Positions 37,983-51,149 of a stretch of DNA of 64,000 bases are shown piece by piece. Under the pieces are notes generated by a model. It was given only the letters and a program-made list of their open reading frames with translations, did not search any database and had not been told where the DNA came from. Source of the stretch: Octopus vulgaris (lineage: Eukaryota); NCBI GenBank assembly GCA_951406725.2, contig OX597821.1, positions 67,270,001 through 67,334,000 on the forward strand. Direction: 5' to 3'. The translations under genes and the position numbers were made by a program. The first letter of the stretch is position 1; each line of letters opens with the position of its first letter.

Positions 37983-38530
37983 AATAATCGTTGCGGTTTT
38001 GCGTGCTATTTATCATAGTCGTAGTCGGGAGGCAGTGGTCAGTCACTTGCGACAGTAAGGTAGTTTGGCTGGCAGGCATATAGAATCTCCTGGAATGTCA
38101 CTAGCTGCGAAACCACGTGGTGGTCTTATATCACACATGTTTACGTTTTTGTTTATGGACTTGAGAAGAAAGTTAATTTTCGATTTTTTTAATAAAGTTA
38201 CAGTTACATGTTCTACAAATGTTGCTTGTTGGCGTAGTCGCTTCGCAGTAAAATGATTTAATTCTGGATGCAGATCGTCCCAAAATGATTTCAATCGATT
38301 CATATAACCAAAAGCGTCGGCTTTGTTTCGCTTTTTCGCAGTAGTTAAATAGATCATTATTCAATTCATAATTCCAAGAGAAATGAGTGTTGTAGTTACG
38401 GTTTCTTCTATAACTACGTCTAGAATTTTTTTCTTTTTTACCTGTTGAGCTGATTTTTTCGTTCTTTTCCTCGATTGTGTTGTTGTTGATGTTGTGTCCA
38501 ACCATGTTGTTTGTAGTAGCTCTCTGCATG
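36521..38530 (-). mobile_element. R4-clade LINE family D, old, RT domain deleted, 3' end lost
   Basis: N-terminal WNYELN..GYMNRLKSFWDDLHP..RLRQQA; WQIDTYLYAQA..VPSW; RYQKR..INKKF; then directly KQGGRSL, FEGYVFAIQ, CRLC-x7-H, KHNRSDIMICD..ESSCP. Confidence 0.8.
37891..37982. repeat. (ACT)n microsatellite within family D
   Basis: Direct reading. Confidence 0.95.
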
Positions 38531-38782
38531 CTAAATTCATATGTCAGTCGAAAATCACTACAATCGTGAATAAGAGGCTCCCTCAGTTAATTCATCTGAA
38601 GATTAACCAGTTATTTAACAAGACAGATAGTTGTGGCTACAAAGCTGATGCTAGCATTCATCGTATTTTCGATAGTCTCCCACGACAATTACGCGACTTG
38701 TCACTTCGAACGCAATGTATATGTATGTATTCATGTATGTATGTATGTATGTATGTATGTATGTATGTATGTATGTATGTAT

Positions 38783-39194
38783 ACTCTTTACTCTTTTACT
38801 TGTTTCAGTCATTTGACTGCGGCCATGCTGGAGCACCGCCTTTAGTCGAGCAAATCGACCCCGGGACTTATTCTTTGTAAGCCCAGTACTTATTCTATCG
38901 GTCTCTTTTGCCGAACCGCTAGCTGACGGGGACGTAAACACACCAGCATCGGTTGTCAAGCAATGCTAGGGGGACAAACACGGACACACAAACATATGCA
39001 CATACACATACATATATATATACATATATACGACGGACTTCTTTCAGTTTCCGTCTACCAAATCCACTCACAAGGCATTGGTCGGCCCGGGGCTACAGCA
39101 GAAGACACTTGCCCAAGATGCCACGCAGTGGGACTGAACCCGGAACCATGTGGTTGGTTAGCAAGGTACTTACCACACAGCCACTCCTGCGCCT
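38783..39194 (-). mobile_element. Full-length CORE-like tRNA SINE in a (TATG)n tract
   Basis: Head GGCGCAGGAGTGGCTGTGTGGTAAG, B-box GGGTTCAGTCCC, MIR-core-like CTTGGGCAAGTGTCTT, internal TA/TG microsatellite, tail CCAGCATGGCCGCAGTCAAATGACTGAAACAAGTAAAAGAG. Confidence 0.9.
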
Positions 39195-39273
39195 ATATGT
39201 ATGTATGTATGTATGTATGCATGTATGTACGTATGTATGTATGCATGTATGTACGTATGTATGTATGTATGTA

Positions 39274-39320
<47 letters not shown>

Positions 39321-39334
39321 ATTTTATACTTTTG

Positions 39335-39590
39335 TTTGGTTCAGTTATTTGTCCGCAGCCATGCTGGAGCACAGCCTTTAGTCGTACAAATCGACCCTAG
39401 GTCTTATTTTTTTTTGTAAGCCTAGTACTTATTCTATCGGTCTCTTTTGCTAAACCGCTAGGTCACAGAGACGTAAACATAGCAACATCGGTTGTCAAGC
39501 AATGGTGGGGGACAAACACAGGCACACAAGCATACACACACAAAACACACAGACACACACACCCAAACACACACCCACATACATATATAT
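39335..39590 (-). mobile_element. 3' half of a CORE-like SINE
   Basis: GCCATGCTGGAGCAC...CAAATCGACCC...GGTTGTCAAGCAATG. Confidence 0.8.
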
Positions 39591-39600
39591 GTGTGTGTGT

Positions 39601-39887
39601 GAAACAGTACTGCAATAGTCTGGGTTTTTAAGGGCTCGCAATTTTTGAACATTCCTGCAGGCAACATTAGTGCTGATGTGGAAGTTTTAAAGTAACGTCT
39701 GGACAGGTTCCTATCTGAGATACCATATGAACCCATATCGCGGTAGGAGACGCAAATAAGAACAGCTCCGTCCAACTCGTTACTTCACCAAAAACAATAT
39801 CGGAAACAACACCGACTAACAGCAGGTGGTGAACCAGCATATCTCCAGCCCTGGGCTGAAACCAGTAGAAGATAAAAGATAAAAGAT
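39601..39887 (+). mobile_element. CR1-clade LINE 3' end
   Basis: Frameshifted YCNSLGF/KG.Q..NI...VEVLK*RLDRFLSEIPYEP...RTAPSNSLLHQ, then a stem-loop and a (GATAAAA)n tail. Confidence 0.75.
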
Positions 39888-41526
39888 TTATCTTAATAAT
39901 ACAAAAACTCTAGAGATGTTTGTGTGTACCCATAATATCTCACAAATAGTATATTTCATCTTAATTTTTTGCATATTTATTTATTTTTTTACTTACTTTA
40001 GGCACTGCAGTACAAATTGTTGTGATATTTGGACATCTGTTTATTAATGAAAACGATTAAACACAATTTTTGTTTGTAATTTCTTGACCAATAAAAACAT
40101 GGCTTCCATGACATCAATACACATATACATATAAAGAATACACATATAGTGAATGTCATGGCGTATCAGTCAACACAAACACACGTCTATTATCTGTTAC
40201 ATATACACACACATAGTTATCACGCTCTCTAAGAAAAAAAAACCTTGACTTTTTGACGTACACAATATTTTTATCATTTAGAAATATTTTAACTGAATGT
40301 GATTTCAAAGAGGTAAGTTGTTTGTACTGTAAATATTTATATTTTAGCTATTTTAGCTTTAGTTAAACAGGTAATAATTTAATGGTCTTTTTTTTTAAAT
40401 TATTTCCATGTGAATGGCAAACTTTCGCACTGAATCTCAGAACAGTCATCCTGAGTTCGTTAATTTCCGTAATTTTTTTATCTATTTACTTTTGCTTTAA
40501 AGTGAAAGAAAGGAGAAAATGAAAGATGTATTTACGTGTATATGAGATGGACGTGTGAGTGTGAGATTACCACCACCACTACCACCACCATCATCATTAT
40601 CATTTTCACCAGCATCCTCATCAGCAATGACATGATTGTCCTTATCATAGACTACCATTAACATTGGCATCCTTATGAAACCCACCAGCTCTATATATTC
40701 ATAATCCTTATCACCACCACCACCACCACCACCACATCCAACACCACCATGGCCACGACGACTACCAACACTACCAGTACCACTATTACCAACTTCCCTC
40801 CTACCACCACCGCCGTCACCAACATTATCACCACCACCACCACCACCACCACCAAACCAGCAACACACCACTCATTCACTACAGCCTTCGCCGCCATCAG
40901 TAACATCACTGCCATCATCCACAACGATTATCGTTATCCTTCTTTTTTCTTTGTTTGCTTTTTTCCTTACCAACCATTCCACCACCTCTCCCTCCCCTTC
41001 TTCCTACTCTTCCTACTCCTTCTACTTCTCCTCCTCCTTCAGCTTTCTCTTTCCTCTTCGATCAACTTTAAAATGTTTATTCCATTCATATTTTGCTCAC
41101 AATAAAGACACATTTTTTTTTGTTTGTTTGTTTGTTTTTTGCTGTAAACCAATTGACAAGTAGTACCAAAACAATTGTACGGAAGAGCATAAGCGACCAA
41201 GAACGTGAGGATGGGAATATAAGGAATAAAGTACTCGATATAAGAGAATACTTTAAATTCTTCTATGTTGCATTTCCATTTAGAATCAGTCTCCTTCATA
41301 ACAAGAATTAATATCTACAGTCTCAAACATAAATTCGCTCATTTATTTTATTGGTTTATGTGTATATATTTCTTTACTTCATTACTTTTTATCGCGATTT
41401 CTGAATATGCTCTTCAATTCAAACTATATATGCTTGTCTATGGAATGACTACTTAAGCTGGTATGTATAAATCTCTATATCTCTCTGCACTCTCTTTCCC
41501 CTTCTCCCTCCCCTCTCTATCCTCTG

Positions 41527-41602
<76 letters not shown>

Positions 41603-41694
41603 TATACATACACACATACGCAGAGCGCGGGACGATATATATAAATACATATATGCACACATATATATATACATACATACTCACACACACACAT

Positions 41695-41763
<69 letters not shown>

Positions 41764-41833
41764 CATATTGAAACCTATGCACACATACGCACACACACAT
41801 GCATATATAAACATACATGCATATACATATTTA

Positions 41834-41885
<52 letters not shown>

Positions 41886-42115
41886 TATATACATATATAT
41901 GTATATATATATATAAACACGCATACAGTCACACACTCACACACGCACAGATACACACGCACACACATAAACACACACATGCATATGTATCGGCATATTT
42001 TCCCATGTTTACCTAGATCAAGCTATTCTAAAACTCAAGTGGTGAACACTTTCTGCTCAATAATATAACATATCGACATATATTTTAAGAGATACTTTAG
42101 CTGAATGTATCTATC

Positions 42116-42189
<74 letters not shown>

Positions 42190-42199
42190 ATCTATCTTC

Positions 42200-42246
<47 letters not shown>

Positions 42247-42515
42247 CTTATCTATCTATCTATCTACTTATCTATCTATATATCTGTCTATCTATCTATC
42301 TATTTATCTATTTATCTATCTATCTATCTATCTATCTATCTGTCTACATCTCTATCTACTTCTCTATCTATCTATCTACTTATCTATCCATATATCTATA
42401 TATCTATCTGTCTATATATCTATCTATCTACTTATATATCTATCTATCTACCTATCGAAAAATCTGTCTGTCTGTCTATCTAATCATTTATTTAGTTAAA
42501 CGTGTATATCTTCGC

Positions 42516-42580
<65 letters not shown>

Positions 42581-42734
42581 TGTGTGGGTGTATGTGTTTG
42601 TGTGATTATAAGGTTATTTACGTATTTGAAGTTTGATGGCTATGGATTCGTATTTATATAAAAATCGAAGTGATCAAAGCGCAAGCTGTAACCAAAGCAG
42701 AGAAAGTGAACACAAATACACACATATGCATATA

Positions 42735-42778
<44 letters not shown>

Positions 42779-42791
42779 GTATGTATATATA

Positions 42792-42824
<33 letters not shown>

Positions 42825-42832
42825 ATATGAAT

Positions 42833-42866
<34 letters not shown>

Positions 42867-43543
42867 TCATATGTATGTATGTATATTCTAATCAAATAAC
42901 ATAGTTCAAACAAAATGTATAGTTCTCTTTGAAATTTTAAAAAATGCCTTTTTTCTTTCTTCTATGAAGATGGCACATGCTGATACTTAACTAAGAGTAA
43001 GAGTTTCATCAAAAGTTAGCGCAGCCAAATCATTCCAAATAGAGAGCCATGTACGTAAGTATGAATGCCAGTTTCAATATATCGTGGCAGACGAAGTTAT
43101 AATGTAGATTAGATTTTATCAGATTTGAGCGCCCTTAGAATTCATTGTTGATTATGCTGTTTAACCCCTAAACAATCTTGGGTGCACAAACATTTCTTCA
43201 AATGTACTCCAGCAATGATACATCTTGTTTTCTTTTCTGGCCGTAAACATAAGCAGATTATTTGATTCGAGTCATTTTGAAATGCTTTAACAGTTTTACC
43301 TAATGGATGCATTTTCTACTATATATTACGCAAACGTGAAACAACGAACGTATTAAGAGATTTCAAATATCGCCATTTGGTTTGACTTCATAACACACAC
43401 ACACACATATATTTATATATATAATTATATTTATATGCATATGATTAAATATATAATTGAATATATATATATATATATATATACATATATATATTTATGT
43501 GTATGTGTGTGTGTGTGCGTGTGTGTGTGTGTGTGTGTGTGAG

Positions 43544-43933
<390 letters not shown>

Positions 43934-43971
43934 TATATACATATACATACATACATACATACATACATACA

Positions 43972-44022
<51 letters not shown>

Positions 44023-44149
44023 GATATTTACCACATGAACTATGATGAAATATATATGAGAATGATATGGTATATCATTTTTTTTTCTGCAGGGTTTCCT
44101 TGAGACATGTAATTTTCGCAAGTTTAAAAACATGCTGAAGCCACTATCG

Positions 44150-44430
44150 TGCTATTAGAATCTATTCTCAATTGCTAACGACACCAGTCTGCTCCGTTAG
44201 CTTGTCAGGTCTGGTATATCTGGAGTCATTTGAAAGAGAGTCTTTTGAAACACGTCAACCAGTTCTTTATCCGGAGAGTCTTCGAGGGCGTCGTTGGCTT
44301 CACCCACCACTGATTCACTATAGGACACCATAGTGGAAGATCACCTACAGATGGCAGAGTGATGCAAGTGCCTATAGACAGTTCAAGAGCATGGTGTTCA
44401 ACTTCTGTCTTCACTTTCAACTAAGACTCA
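44150..44430 (-). mobile_element. Decayed RTE-like LINE 3' fragment
   Basis: VGDLPLWCP and a terminal LAIENRF resemble the RTE motifs SDL.LW.P and L..AM.DR. Confidence 0.35.
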
Positions 44431-45083
44431 AGCTCTGTCAATGAAACGAGCTGTGAAAAAGTGAGTCTGACAAATACGCGACCATTGTTTGCTGTTGTTG
44501 TTGTCGGTGTTGGTGACGAGTACGAAGACCGCAACGACGACGTCGGTGTTGATGATGTTCATAATGATGATTATAAAGACGATGATGCTGGTGTCGAGAA
44601 TTAACTTCGCGATGATGATGATGTTGATATTGACAAATTTGTCGATTTATGATTTTTTTTTTTCTTTTCTTGTTTGAAATTTATAAGCAAAAAGAGAAAC
44701 AATAGATAAAAGTATTAACATTGTTCTCTTTTTAGCATGGCGGTTTAGTTAACAGAACAGAATGGTAAACATGTGACATTTTTCTGCATCTCTTCGATAC
44801 TAAACTTCTCAGACTTGCAAAACCAAAGCAAAGAGAAGCAATTGAACTATACTGGCACCGAGACAAAGGATTTAAATTCAATATGAAACTACAATATTGG
44901 AAAGGAAAAATCGATACTTCAATTGGCTTTGATTTATCGATTTCAATCGATCAAAGGTTATTTCAATGTGTACGCCCGTTTCTCTGTCTATTCACATAAA
45001 CACACAAACTGACATACATTTACACACTTATTGTCACACACACACATATACACACACAGACCTTCTCTCTTTATCTTTTTCTC

Positions 45084-45115
<32 letters not shown>

Positions 45116-45430
45116 TTACGTCTCTGTTTGGTTCACCATCTTCATCTCATATACATATATAATTATATGATACTCATATACATATGACAGTCACACTCTA
45201 TCTCACACCCATAGCCAGACAGATGATAGAGTCACATATTAACACATACATAACAACCTAAGCTTCTTTATACACGCACGCATGTACACACTTAAATATA
45301 GACGTATATGTATGCATACGTATGCGTGTGGTTGTATATGTATGTACACACACACGCACATATATATATGCATAGATGTACATATACATACGTACGTATA
45401 TAGACAAGAGCGTATGTTTGAAGGAATATT

Positions 45431-45476
<46 letters not shown>

Positions 45477-46883
45477 CACACATACTTATATACATATGTG
45501 TGTGTATGCATGTATTCACAAATACAAGTGTGTGTGCGTGTGCGAATCTATGCATGCATTATGTATATACGCATGCATGTATTTTTCTATGTATATATTC
45601 ATGTGCGCAGGAGGTGTTTCGCCCTACATATTTCATGAGAAGAATGGTTAAGCTCTCAGTACATTTAATCAATATTATTCATCAGGAGTCCACTCTATTC
45701 AATTACTCTAAGGTCAAATATTGATATTTGTCTGTCTGGGCCATAAAGAGGGAACATATATACCGCTCACCGTAGATCTATATGCAATCTGTGTTTATAT
45801 CGATACCTAACGTATATATAATGCGGAATAAATACCTCACAAATATGTCCGAAAATGATGAAGCGCTTGAACACGCATGTCAGTTTCCATTCACTCTCTA
45901 AATGTTGTATATTTGATAGGCGACATATTGCTCTTTCAATTCCTCTAAAATAACCATTAATCGTTTATTTGTTGTTGATTTGCTTCCTGTGACTGCTATG
46001 TATAATGTCATTTCTTTAAACTGCGAATTCTCTGAACTTATTAACAATAAGCCTTTCGGACACATTCTTCTACCTGGCTTCAAGACCGGCAAGAAATAGC
46101 AGTCAAACCGTCCATTATGTCATATATTCTATAGTTGAGAAATGAATATAATACAGTTGACAATGAAATTCTAGAGACATTCTAGGACTAAATTATTTAG
46201 ATATTCTTCTGAAAGCATGATCATTTGTTGATCATAGCTCTGGCATACAATCGGAACACAGCACTTCTAAGATGTCGATTGACTTGCTGCAATTTTATTT
46301 TTACCAAGGCCTAAATTCCCCATAGGAGCGGGTAGCCATAACAAGACACACATCAGGAATTCCATTCATTTCCCAGCTCAAGAGGCGAGCTCCGTCCTAT
46401 GTTCAGCTCAAGGCATAGAAAGCTAATAGCAGCAAAATTTCAAATTACACACTAGCATCTTTCAAATGAAGTGGCCCGCATAAACATTCTTTAAATAAAA
46501 GAATATGTTATCATTGCCTGAGCACCTTTTCACAAACTGTCGTTTCGATCAGATTTACCCACGGTTAAATTAAAGGAGTAATTTGTTTAAAATTCTACCC
46601 AATTTTAATTACTTCGATGTACAGAAACCAGGTATTTCAGTAGACAACGATATCATCTTATATATGTTACTATATAAGAAATAATCGTATCAATCATGTT
46701 TCCTAGGTCTTTGGCCATCCTTCCGAACCGCCTTCCGAACCGCCTCCCGTTTACTTTGAATTCAGGCTACACTCCGTTTCAATCTAAAGAAGAGAAAAGC
46801 ATTTTTAATGTTCATCATTAGAAGTAGGTAATGAGCAAATTTGCAATACAGAGTTAATTATTAAATATATAATAGTCAATATA

Positions 46884-47276
46884 TTTTTTCTATTCTAAGC
46901 ACAAAGCGCTAAATTCAGGGGAAGGGGCCAGTCTATTAGATCGACCCAAGTACGCAACTGGTACTTAATTTATCGACCCCGAAAAGATGAAAGGCAAAGT
47001 TGACCTCGGTGGAATTTGAACTCTGAGCGTAAAGACGAAATACCTATTTCTTTACTACCCACAAGGAGCTAAACACAGAGAGGACAAACAAGGACAGACA
47101 AACGGATTAAGTCGATTATATCGACCCCAGTGCGTAACTGGTACTTATTTGATCGACCCCGAAAGGATGAAAGGCAAAGTCGACCTCGGCGGAATTTGAA
47201 CTCAGAACGTAACGGCAGACGAAATACCGCTAAGCATTTCGCCCGGCGTGCTAACGTTTCTGCCAGCTCACCGCAT
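46884..47276 (-). mobile_element. Meta-like SINE dimer
   Basis: Head unit 47045-47276 joined to headless unit 46884-47044 at the same junction as the other arrays. TSD TATAATAG(T/C)CAATA(T/C)A at 46868-46883 and 47277-47292. Confidence 0.88.
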
Positions 47277-47292
47277 TATAATAGCCAATACA

Positions 47293-47507
47293 TTCTTTTC
47301 TACTCTTGGCACAAGGCACTAAATTTGGCGGGAGGGTGCCAGTCGATTAGATCGATCCCAGCACGCAACTGGTACTTATATAATCGACCTCGAAAGGATG
47401 AAAGGCAAAGTCGACCTCGGCGGAATTTGAACTCAGAACGTAAGGACAGACGAAATACCGCTAAGCATTTCGCCCGGTGCTAACGATTCTGCCAGCTCGC
47501 CGCCTTA
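47293..47507 (-). mobile_element. Meta-like SINE monomer adjacent to the dimer
   Basis: Complete head, core and second-type tail. Confidence 0.88.
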
Positions 47508-48621
47508 TATATTGATTACAACCAATATATTGATTACAGACTTGAAGCAATGACCTCAGTTCTAATGTGACCTACTTTGAGCCCACATGAAAGTGACTCA
47601 AGTTAATGCATCTCACATGTCATTTCTTGTTGCTTCCATTGTTGGTTTTTCGCAGACCAGCATTCCAGCTGGGATAACCAGTCTTTATTTTCGGGTAATT
47701 CTTATCAATTATCATCGGTAATAAGGAAAATCGGGAGAAAGTTTAACGTGCCGCACAAAGTGCCTGGACGTGTTGCAGCTATTTAGTTAAAAAATGACGG
47801 CGGTCAACTTTGCTTCTCATTCTTCCAAGGCTAATACGATGAACCACTAGTTAAGAAGTAGGATAATTTTAATCGTCCAGAATCTCCCCTCAGAATTGGC
47901 CTTATGCCTTCACTAGAAGCAATTATTATCGAGACTGTGTATTAGAGCGTTATTTCGTTCGATTCTTTAAATTCTGGGTTCAAATTACACCGGTGTATTA
48001 GAGCGTTATTTCGTTCGATTCTTTAAATTCTGGGTTCAAATTACACCGATGTCATCCTTATCAGTAATCTTCCCGATGATTATAAAATAAAGTACTAGCC
48101 ATGTGCCGTAGTCGATATAATGAATATTTTCCCGCTGTTTCCGTTCTAAGTTCAAATCCTGCCGAGGTTAACTTAGCTTTTTACCCATTCAGGATCGATG
48201 AAATAAAATAAATGTTGGATCGATCGTCTCAAATTTTGAGGTAACCTTACCTCGATTTTACAGATTTTGTTACAAAAATGTTAAACAATTTTTCCTATTA
48301 TTTAATTTTTATACACCTCATCATATCACAAATGAGACAATATCCAAGACAAAACAGAAGCGTGCAAGTTTCATTTCGGTGAATGATCGTTTTTAAAGCT
48401 GGTTCATAATCTGAAGTGTAGCATTGCACAAACATATCTTCCTCATCCAGCAATAACTTTGGCTTCGCCGAAGAACAAAATAAGGCAAAGTCACGTATCA
48501 GGCAAATCTTCGTGTGACATACAGGATCTACACTCACGGACAAAGGTCAAAACTTTTCTACATTTGACAGATTTGCATACTTCAAAAGCACTCATTGAAG
48601 CGCTGTCTATATCGGCAAGCA

Positions 48622-49006
48622 GTGGAGGCGCAATGGCCCAGTGGTTAGAGCAGCGGACTCGCGGTCATAGGATCGCGGTTTCGATTCCCAGACCGGGCGT
48701 TGTGAGTGTTTATTGAGCGAAAACACCTAAAAGCTCCACGAGGCTCCGGCAGGGGATGGTGGTGATCCCTGCTGTACTCTTTCACCACAACTTTCTCTCA
48801 CTCTTACTTCCTGTTTCTGTTGTACCTGTATTTTAAGGGGCCGGCCTTGTCACTCTCTGTGTCACGCTGAATATCCCCGAGAACTACGTTAAGGGTGCAC
48901 GTGTCTGTGGAGTGCTCAGCCACTTACACGTTAATTTCACGAGCAGGCTGTTCCGTTGATTCGGATCAACCGGAACCCTCATCGTCGTAACCGACGGAGT
49001 GCTTCC
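48622..49006 (+). mobile_element. Full-length young tRNA SINE (fourth family)
   Basis: A and B boxes; perfect 13-bp TSD ATATCGGCAAGCA at 48609-48621 and 49007-49019. Confidence 0.92.
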
Positions 49007-51149
49007 ATATCGGCAAGCATGTCAGCATTGACTTTAGTAGATTTAGATACATCGCCCGGGAGAGAAAGATTCTTACCCCCACCCCACCCCACCAAAATAC
49101 AATCTACAGTACCATTGTTCTGTCAACTTTATTGTATACCAATGATACGGGATTTGGTTACATACAGCATGCCAAGAATGTTTTCTTATACTTGAGCGGC
49201 ATGAAATAAACAATTACTGCATTTTCGTTGGCACTGGGGATATGTACATTGTTTCCAAGCATCTTTACACATCTTGCTGCGTCAGTTTAACCAAATGTTT
49301 CGAATGGATGACGAATGAACGACTTTCGAAAAAATTGGGATGGTAAATATTCGGTCAACGGGCAGCGCAAATATATCAAGAACATTTGCAAGGTCATCCT
49401 AAACTCCTTCAGAATAAATGTAGTACTATGCAAGGAGTCTGCTACTGAGACATCTGTCTAGTGTAGTTTTATAAAGAGAGAGATGTAGTATCTGAGCAGG
49501 ACAGATTTTGAAATATACATTACTTCAATTGGTTTCCACATAGACAATAGGCCGGATTTATTCCTTTTTCGTACCCTGTACCAAATTCAGTTTCCCTTCC
49601 ATCCCTAAGGGATCAATAAAATATATTCTTGTAATGTAATAGAGTTGATTCGATCGACCATAATTTCTCTTTGAAAAATTAGTGGCCCTGTGCCAAAATA
49701 TGAAATCGATATATCTTTAACGTCAATTTCAATATTTTTGTTATATATATTTAATTTTTATGATGAGCTTTTTTTTTCTCTCTCTAATTAATTTGAGGAC
49801 GTGTGCTGTCTTCAACAATCAGTGTTGCGTGTTTTAATGATTTCGTTGACCTTTACCACACTGTAGATACACTGTTTATCGATGTTAAATGTGATTAATA
49901 TGTCGCACTTCTATTAATTTCATGCTGTTCTGTTAAACGAAATCCTGTAACTTGGCTATCCATTTCTTTGTATCACTTCCCAGATTAGCTTGTTTGTTAA
50001 AGTGGCAATGTTTTCAATCCCGTCCTATTTTTTCTATTATCATTCAATTTTTGCAAGCAGCCTAAATAATTAGTGGTTAATATGTTTTAAGATTTCATGC
50101 AGACAACTATACGACGTTTTTCTAAGTATTATATTTGTGGGGAAAAGTCTATTGTGAGGATGTATCATTTCGGAGATGTAGTTATTGTTTTGATGCTGCC
50201 GTTATTGATGCTGCTCTTGTTGTTGTTGCTTTTTCTGTTGTTTTTGTTGTTTTTACTGTTGTTGTTTAGTTCTCTTTCATACCTGATGACAATGACATCG
50301 GGCTAAACTAAAGCAGACCTACGTCAAGACGTTGCATATGTAACAGAGCTGTCATTTGTAAATTCAAAACTGCATAATGTAATGATCCCTTTAAGAAAGA
50401 AAGGCATACTAACGTTGTTTTGTGTCGGATGTGCTTCGCTTCGGATCGTACAAATTTAGTTGTTTTTGTTGAAAACACATTGTTCTGTGTTGTCTTTTAA
50501 GATTTCTCTAAATAAGGACAGGTATTTCACCGTGTGAAGAGGGATCTTAAGGAGCACTTAAGGACGGGGTCTTAAGGAGTTTGGGTTTTAGGGAGCACTT
50601 CTCTCATAAAAACCTGCCGGCATATCGTATACTGTAATGTGTAGAAGCATGGAGATACCAACACATGCGATCAATTAACTGTATGGAGTAGTAGGAGGGG
50701 AAATGATTCCTCTGACTACGATATTACATAGCAGCAAGTCCTCTTCCTTCAACACAGATATTAGCTTGCTACCATCTATAGTAGCAGCAGCAGCAGCAGC
50801 AGCAAAAAAATGGACGAATACGGAAATAACAAGAACAATATAACTAAGAACAATAACTGCAATTACAAGAAGTATTGTAACAAAAAAAAACAGCATCAGT
50901 AACAGCAAAAGCAACAACAATAACAACAACAACACTAGCAACAACTGGAACAATGGCATATAAATAAAAAGAACTTTGCTGAGTAAAGTTCATTGCCATC
51001 GCTGCCCCGCCCCCATTATAGTAACAATCAGTAGCAATAGAAACAAAACTGCTCCTAAAATAAACAATGACGATAATAATGGTGACGAAAGGAACAACAT
51101 CAGAAGTAGTAGCAGCAGAATCAAGTGCAGCAGCAGCAAAAGAGGACAG

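Noticed and set aside
39889-40380. Third Helitron
   Set aside because: A plausible A|TC 5' end, but I found no 3' hairpin plus CTRR.
47130-47483. Recurring MRNWYL..RPRKDERQSRPRRNLNSE ORFs (also 1720-2019, 2407-2646, 51487-51762)
   Set aside because: Antisense translations of the Meta-like SINE.
48298-48620. Possible host exon or transposase fragment on the minus strand
   Set aside because: Short, stops in the flanking frames, interrupted by a SINE, and no motif I recognise.
48622-48695. tRNA genes at SINE heads (also 19381, 28003, 39120-39194)
   Set aside because: A and B boxes are present but there is no complete cloverleaf; each continues into a SINE body and tail.
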